A DNA stretch of 64,000 bases from positions 32,001 through 96,000 of the IMG/VR virus record IMGVR_UViG_3300020599_000004. One strand, written 5' to 3'. Numbering within the stretch: position 1 is the first letter of the stretch; each line of letters starts with the position of its first letter. The DNA comes from a virus. Positions 59,290 through 64,000 of the stretch are shown piece after piece. The notes under the pieces are model-generated. The model worked only from the letters and a program-made list of their open reading frames with translations. It was not told the DNA's origin and searched no databases. Made by a program: the position numbers and the translations under genes.

Positions 59290-61545
59290 ATGTCGCAATC
59301 TCTTGCAATGGCACTGCGCGCCTCCCTGGAGGATGGTGAACAGGCTGACCTGCTGCCCGAGGGCGAAAACGGCCAGCAAAAGTCCCAATCCACCGGCGGT
59401 AGCGATGGCCTGGATGAAGGTCGCCGTTCGGCTGATGCCATCATCATCGACACCGCTCCGGGTGAGCGCATCAACATCGGCGAACCCACGGCCGTCGATC
59501 CGCAAGCGCTGATCTCCGCCGCCGTGCAAGGCCACGAAGCAGCTGACCAGGTCGAAGATCTGGCCGACGAAGCCGAAGCTGTGCTGGACGCCACCGGCGG
59601 TAGCGATGGCCTGGTCATACCGCCGCCCGCGGACGCCGGTGCGCCTGAAGTCCAAGAAGGCGGTGACACCGCTGCCGACCCGCTGCTGGACGGTACGGCT
59701 GCTGCTGTCGATACCGATGCAGACGGTAACGGCACTGGCGATGAAACTGAAGCGGCCGCCGCTGCTGCCCAAGCAGAAGCCGACGCCGGTACCAGTGAGC
59801 TGGGCGATGCCTCTACCGAGATCGACCCGGATGCTGCCGAAGGTTCCGAAGACGAACTGACCGAAGAGGAAGAGCTGGAAATCGCTGCCGAATCCATCTC
59901 CCTGCGCATGATGGGCATCCTCCAAGGCTTCGACATGCAAGGTCGTCTGCCGTCGATGGAATCCAACATCCCGGCTCGTCAACGCCTGATGGGTCTGGTC
60001 GTGCATGGCCGTGCAGCGGCTAAGGCTCTGCGTAAGCAGGTCCGCAAGTCTCTGCGTTCTTCGCTGGAAGATATCGTCGATGTCGACGATGACAGCATCA
60101 ACAACGAACTGGAAGAAATCGCTGACAAGGCCAACGATGGTTCCTTCCAGGAGTGGGCCACTGAGCTGAACACCGCAGCCACCACCGTGGCTGAGCTGAA
60201 CGGTCTGGCTGAGAAGTCCGAAGCCCTGGCTGAAGCTGCCCCTGACGCGCCGGTGCAGCCGAACCAAGTCACGGTCGAGGCCATGGCCCAGACGCTGAAC
60301 GCCCTCTCCGGTCGCTACGGCATCCGTGTGCAGATGGAAAGCCTGGAGAGCCTCGATGGTTACGCCGGCTCCCATGCCAACATCGCTCGCATGGCCCGTC
60401 GCTACGCCTCCCACCTGGAAGATGGCATGCAGGTCTCCGTCGAGGCCATGCCGTTCAAGTACGTGTTCAACGCCCTGCGTGGCCTGGAAGGTCTGAACGT
60501 CGAGTTCGACAAAGCTGCGGCCGAACTGCGCAAGAACGCCGACCTGTATAAGGAAGGTGCGGTGGCGATCAACCACCTGGGTATCTTCAAGTTCCTGACC
60601 GTCAATGACAAGCAGGTGACTGACATCCCTGCGGCCATCGCGGACAACAACAAGAAGATCCTGGGCTTCTTCGACCTGGGCGAAGAGCTGCACAAGGACG
60701 CCGAAGGCTACATCAAGGCCATCCTCGATGCAGACATGACGACCCAGGAAGGTCGTGACGCCATCAAGCAGAAGCTGCGCGGCTCCGCCAACGTCAGCAA
60801 CAAGCTGAAGAAGCTGCAAGGTCAGGCGCTGCTGGGCAACCATACCGTCGTCGTCACCGATGACACTGCCACGGATGACAACGGTGCTGAGCACGACAGC
60901 TACCTGTCGGCGTACTTCGACAAGCAGAAGGTCTCCCCGACCAACAAGGCCGCCTGGTGGGCGCGTATCCCGGCCGGTGTGCTGGGTGCTGCTGCGGGTG
61001 CCAAGACCCTCAGTGAGCTGGTGGGTGGCGGCGTCTCTCCGCTTGTGTTCGGTGCACTCGGCGGTGGTCTGGTCGGCACGGTGGCAGCCACCGGGGTCTG
61101 GGCCTACGGCGTATATCGTGGCGGTAAGTTCATCGGCGGTCAGTCGATGAAGAACGTCGACATCATTGCCAGCGGGCTGAAAACCAAATCCGAGACCAAG
61201 GTATCGGACATGGCCAAGATGCTCGATGAGATGAAGACGCTGGGCCGTAAGGCGCTGGAGTACCGTCGTCTGGTGAAAGGCTCCTACGACCGTTACCTGG
61301 AAGTGGACAGCCTGATCGAGGGCAAGATGAAGGCAGCTGACATGCCCAAGGCCGAGCTCAAGGATATGCGTAAAGCTGTCCAGGTGGCCATGGGTGCGCT
61401 GCAAACCGAGTTCGTCGTGTACGAACTGGGTGTGGATGCGGCGACCTTCACCCTGCGTGGTACTCTGAACCTGGTCGAGAAGCTCAACGCAGCAGCTGAG
61501 AAGATCAAAGGCGGTAAAGTCGCCGAGGCACCTGCTTCGGCCTAA
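59290..61545 (+). CDS. internal head/ejection protein, 751 aa
   Basis: Very acidic N-terminal region with many S/A/G-X-E sites (ASLE, SME, SLE, SVE); Gly-rich hydrophobic segment near the C-terminus. Confidence 0.7.
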   Translation: MSQSLAMALRASLEDGEQADLLPEGENGQQKSQSTGGSDGLDEGRRSADAIIIDTAPGERINIGEPTAVDPQALISAAVQGHEAADQVEDLADEAEAVLDATGGSDGLVIPPPADAGAPEVQEGGDTAADPLLDGTAAAVDTDADGNGTGDETEAAAAAAQAEADAGTSELGDASTEIDPDAAEGSEDELTEEEELEIAAESISLRMMGILQGFDMQGRLPSMESNIPARQRLMGLVVHGRAAAKALRKQVRKSLRSSLEDIVDVDDDSINNELEEIADKANDGSFQEWATELNTAATTVAELNGLAEKSEALAEAAPDAPVQPNQVTVEAMAQTLNALSGRYGIRVQMESLESLDGYAGSHANIARMARRYASHLEDGMQVSVEAMPFKYVFNALRGLEGLNVEFDKAAAELRKNADLYKEGAVAINHLGIFKFLTVNDKQVTDIPAAIADNNKKILGFFDLGEELHKDAEGYIKAILDADMTTQEGRDAIKQKLRGSANVSNKLKKLQGQALLGNHTVVVTDDTATDDNGAEHDSYLSAYFDKQKVSPTNKAAWWARIPAGVLGAAAGAKTLSELVGGGVSPLVFGALGGGLVGTVAATGVWAYGVYRGGKFIGGQSMKNVDIIASGLKTKSETKVSDMAKMLDEMKTLGRKALEYRRLVKGSYDRYLEVDSLIEGKMKAADMPKAELKDMRKAVQVAMGALQTEFVVYELGVDAATFTLRGTLNLVEKLNAAAEKIKGGKVAEAPASA

Positions 61546-61562
61546 CTGCCTGCTACACCCCC

Positions 61563-61599
61563 CATAAACGAGGGACCCTAGGGTCCCTCGTTTATGCCG
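61563..61599 (+). terminator. palindromic terminator ending the late block
   Basis: CATAAACGAGGGACCC-ta-GGGTCCCTCGTTTATG-CCG. Confidence 0.75.
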
Positions 61600-61626
61600 A
61601 ATACCTAGTGTTGAAAAGTCGATTCC

Positions 61627-61647
61627 AAAAATCTTCAGTGATACATT
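61627..61647 (+). promoter_or_regulatory. candidate early promoter, copy 1
   Basis: AAAAATCT-TCAGTGATACATT upstream of 61732. Confidence 0.55.
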
Positions 61648-61731
61648 GTAATGGTGACACTGCGACACTGAAAGACTTCGCAGCTGTCAAATCCCTAAAT
61701 ATCTCAGTTGATCTACACTAGGAGTTACACC

Positions 61732-62043
61732 ATGCAAAACGAAATCATCGCCACTGCTGCTGCCACTGCTACCGAAGCTGCTCCGGCCGTCGTCGACACC
61801 GTCGTGAAATCCGGTGTCCTCGCGACCATCGGTCTGGGTGTCGGTGCAGCGCTCAACGCCGCTGCCAACGCCCACCCGGCCATCAAGGTCGGCGTGGGTC
61901 TGGTGGGCCTGGGCGTCGCAGGGCTGGGTGCTCACAAGCTGTGGAAACAGCGCGTGGCCAAGAAGCTCGCCAGCGTGAGCGAACCCAAGCTGGCGGATGC
62001 AGCGCCCACCGCGGAAGCACCCGAAGCACCGGCAGCCCAGTAA
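61732..62043 (+). CDS. small membrane protein with Gly zipper, 103 aa
   Basis: AGGAG RBS before MQNEII; two Gly/Ala-rich hydrophobic stretches. Confidence 0.75.
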   Translation: MQNEIIATAAATATEAAPAVVDTVVKSGVLATIGLGVGAALNAAANAHPAIKVGVGLVGLGVAGLGAHKLWKQRVAKKLASVSEPKLADAAPTAEAPEAPAAQ

Positions 62044-62135
62044 CCCTGGGCTGTAACACCACACCGTAAAAAGAAATGTATCCTGCCCTGTATATACAGG
62101 GCAGGATCTTAAGCTGTTTTTTAGGAGTGATACAC

Positions 62136-62429
62136 ATGGACATGAACGTAGTCGATATGATCGTAGCGGTAATCCTTTTCTCTGCCGTGGTCTTCTGGGC
62201 CATGGGTCTGCTGCTAGGGGCAGTGGGTAATACCGAGAACTGGTTGACTGAAGCTGTGGTACGCTTCGCCGGTATCGATCAGATCTACTTCATCGGCGCG
62301 ATGGGTACGCTGGCGGTGGTGGCTGTCAAGTTCGGGCTGTGGGCTACGGTTGGCGTGATCCTGTTCGCCACGGTGCTCATGATCGTGCAAGACTTCATCA
62401 TCAAGCCCGCTGATCCCATCGCCAACTGA
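62136..62429 (+). CDS. small polytopic membrane protein, 97 aa
   Basis: AGGAG RBS before MDMNVV; three hydrophobic segments. Confidence 0.75.
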   Translation: MDMNVVDMIVAVILFSAVVFWAMGLLLGAVGNTENWLTEAVVRFAGIDQIYFIGAMGTLAVVAVKFGLWATVGVILFATVLMIVQDFIIKPADPIAN

Positions 62430-62445
62430 ATCCGAGGAAGAGAAC

Positions 62446-62715
62446 ATGCAAGAGGTCATTACCACTGCTGCTGAAGCTGTACCGGTTGTCGCACAGACGG
62501 CAGGTACTCGCCTGCTCAGCGTTACCAGCGAGCTCGCCAAGGCCCATCCGTACCTGGGCGTGGCGGCCATCGCGGGTACCGTGATAGCCACTGCGGGTCT
62601 GCTGACCCTGCGACGTCGCCGTCAACCGCCGTCCGACTTCCTGGTCGGTATCCGCGAGACCTGGGTGGATCACGTTCGCCTACAAGAACTAAAGCTGGCC
62701 GAACAGGCCTACTAA
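62446..62715 (+). CDS. small membrane protein, 89 aa
   Basis: GAGGA RBS; one TM followed by RRRR. Confidence 0.75.
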   Translation: MQEVITTAAEAVPVVAQTAGTRLLSVTSELAKAHPYLGVAAIAGTVIATAGLLTLRRRRQPPSDFLVGIRETWVDHVRLQELKLAEQAY

Positions 62716-62774
62716 GGAACCTCGGGGGAGCTACGGCTCCCCCTGGGTATTCCCTTTCATTTTGCTTGGATTGT

Positions 62775-62795
62775 AAAACTAATCAGTCCTACATT
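62775..62795 (+). promoter_or_regulatory. candidate early promoter, copy 2
   Basis: AAAACTAA-TCAGTCCTACATT upstream of 62902. Confidence 0.5.
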
Positions 62796-62901
62796 ACCTC
62801 CTTGCTACAGGAGGTTCTGTAATTAAATACGGAACCTTTCTGTCATGTGCACAGGGCGACTTACGCCCACATCGCGACCGTTGAATAGAGGAAACATTCG
62901 A

Positions 62902-63381
62902 ATGACTACCGCTACCGAAAACAAACTCGAGAAAGTCGACGCCAAGACCATCGCCCTCGCCGACCGCCTGCAACCCGGCCTGAAGTTCGACGCTGAAGGT
63001 AACGGCACCGCTGACGACGCCGTCATCGCCGCCGAGTACGAAAGCGAAGGCCTGAGCATCGACGGCGCCAAGTCCTACCAGCGTGTGGCCCTGCGCGTCG
63101 CCGACGCCCTGACCCTGGCCAACGGCCGTGCCGGTACCGAGTTCCTGGGCAAGAACAAGGACGTCGATCGCGTCTCCACCACCGTCAAGATCGGCACCGA
63201 CCACATCACCACCGAGTTCGGCCGTCAAGCCCAGCTGCGCAACCCGGGCACCGGCGAGACCTTCATCAAGTACGGCATCGCTTCCACCAAGCTGGCCTCC
63301 GGCATCGGCGCCAAGCGCGGTGACTACAAGCGCATCCAGGAATCCCTGTCCGAGTCCGCTGCCAGCGTCTTCGGCCAGTAA
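62902..63381 (+). CDS. hypothetical protein, 159 aa
   Basis: GAGGA RBS before MTTATE; strongly C/G-ending codons; own promoter motif and terminator. Confidence 0.8.
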   Translation: MTTATENKLEKVDAKTIALADRLQPGLKFDAEGNGTADDAVIAAEYESEGLSIDGAKSYQRVALRVADALTLANGRAGTEFLGKNKDVDRVSTTVKIGTDHITTEFGRQAQLRNPGTGETFIKYGIASTKLASGIGAKRGDYKRIQESLSESAASVFGQ

Positions 63382-63408
63382 GCGTCAACGGTCGCCGGCG
63401 ACGGCACC

Positions 63409-63446
63409 CAGGATCAGGCGTGAAAGCGCCTGATCCTGTTTTATGC
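63409..63446 (+). terminator. intrinsic terminator
   Basis: CAGGATCAGGCG-tgaaag-CGCCTGATCCTG then TTTTATGCC and a T tract. Confidence 0.8.
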
Positions 63447-63471
63447 CTTTTTTCTTTTTTGTGGAGGAAAC

Positions 63472-63588
63472 ATGGCTGCCCCTGAGTGCCGTTACTGTAA
63501 GTCTGAGGACGCACACCTGTTTATCATGGGGAGTCTGAGGACTCCCCGCTTTATGCCGTTATCACTTGATCCCAAATATTTTCAGTGA
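63472..63588 (+). CDS. 38-aa ORF with one CxxC, possibly a truncated gene
   Basis: GGAGGA RBS; MAAPECRYCKSED...; runs through the hairpin at 63528-63558. Confidence 0.35.
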   Translation: MAAPECRYCKSEDAHLFIMGSLRTPRFMPLSLDPKYFQ

Positions 63589-63594
63589 TACATT
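63574..63594 (+). promoter_or_regulatory. candidate early promoter, copy 3
   Basis: AAATATTT-TCAGTGATACATT upstream of 63637. Confidence 0.55.
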
Positions 63595-63636
63595 GTTATC
63601 GTGATCCCATGGCATAGATAACTTAAGGACACCATC

Positions 63637-64000
63637 ATGCCGGCTTATTACATCCTTACCCATAAACCTACGGGAATGTATTACATAGGCTCGACTTCCA
63701 ATCTGATCAAGCGCCTTAGCCGGCACAAGTCTGCATTGAATAGCCGTTCCCATGAATGTGCTAAATTACAAGAAATATACACCTGCTGGGAAGATATCGA
63801 GATCGTTTCTCACGAAGTTGGTTCCATCGAGGAAGCCCGTCGAATGGAACAAGATTTACTTAACACTCATTTCAGGAAATCGAAATGCTGCAATACATCT
63901 TCAAGTGCTGAGCCATTCGGAGATATGACCGCTGAAGATCGAAGCAATCTTCATCGCGGTCATAAGTACAATCTAGGCAAAGCCCATTCGGACGAAACGA
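63637..64000 (+). CDS. GIY-YIG homing endonuclease, 3'-truncated by the window (absent from the ORF track)
   Basis: AAGGA RBS; MPAYYILTHKPTGMYYIGSTSNLIKRLSRH...EARRMEQ...NLGKAHSDET (NUMOD3 start). Confidence 0.85.
   Translation, partial: MPAYYILTHKPTGMYYIGSTSNLIKRLSRHKSALNSRSHECAKLQEIYTCWEDIEIVSHEVGSIEEARRMEQDLLNTHFRKSKCCNTSSSAEPFGDMTAEDRSNLHRGHKYNLGKAHSDET

Noticed and set aside
59248-61668. 806-aa minus-strand ORF and similar long antisense ORFs (10765..12126, 26568..27869, 46702..48222, 53215..54426, 56249..57697, 57701..58795)
   Set aside because: Shadow frames opposite well-supported, codon-biased genes; no RBS or motifs
1-64000. tRNA, rRNA, integrase, chimallin, PhuZ or major capsid genes
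   Set aside because: None recognised by eye; nucleus formation is therefore only inferred from phiKZ-like gene content, and a tRNAscan run was not possible

Overview
A 64-kb segment of a phiKZ-like jumbo phage genome (probably Chimalliviridae; inferred from gene content and order, no database search run). From left to right: (i) a translationally coupled six-gene minus-strand operon with two radical SAM/SPASM enzymes, a JmjC-type Fe(II)/2OG oxygenase, two unknown proteins and a 190-aa protein ending in CHYSCHNNCHGNRGRR, a candidate phage peptide/protein-modification (RiPP-like) system and the top finding; (ii) a free-standing GIY-YIG endonuclease and five paralogous NPH-repeat tail proteins; (iii) PAAR and central spike genes, an SbcC/Rad50-like ATPase, a GT2 glycosyltransferase among virion genes, a possible spanin pair, RNase H, UvsX and the small virion-RNAP beta C-terminal subunit; (iv) a 2231-aa tape-measure/lytic transglycosylase gene; (v) virion RNAP beta' and beta genes interrupted by three group I introns, all inserted in phase 0 right after an Asp (GAT) codon, one splitting the NAD^FDGD catalytic motif, and two carrying probable homing-endonuclease relics; (vi) a prohead protease and head proteins; (vii) the start of a probable early region with a repeated TCAGT-NN-TACATT motif, small membrane proteins and a second GIY-YIG cut by the window edge. 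No tRNA, rRNA or CRISPR array was recognised.
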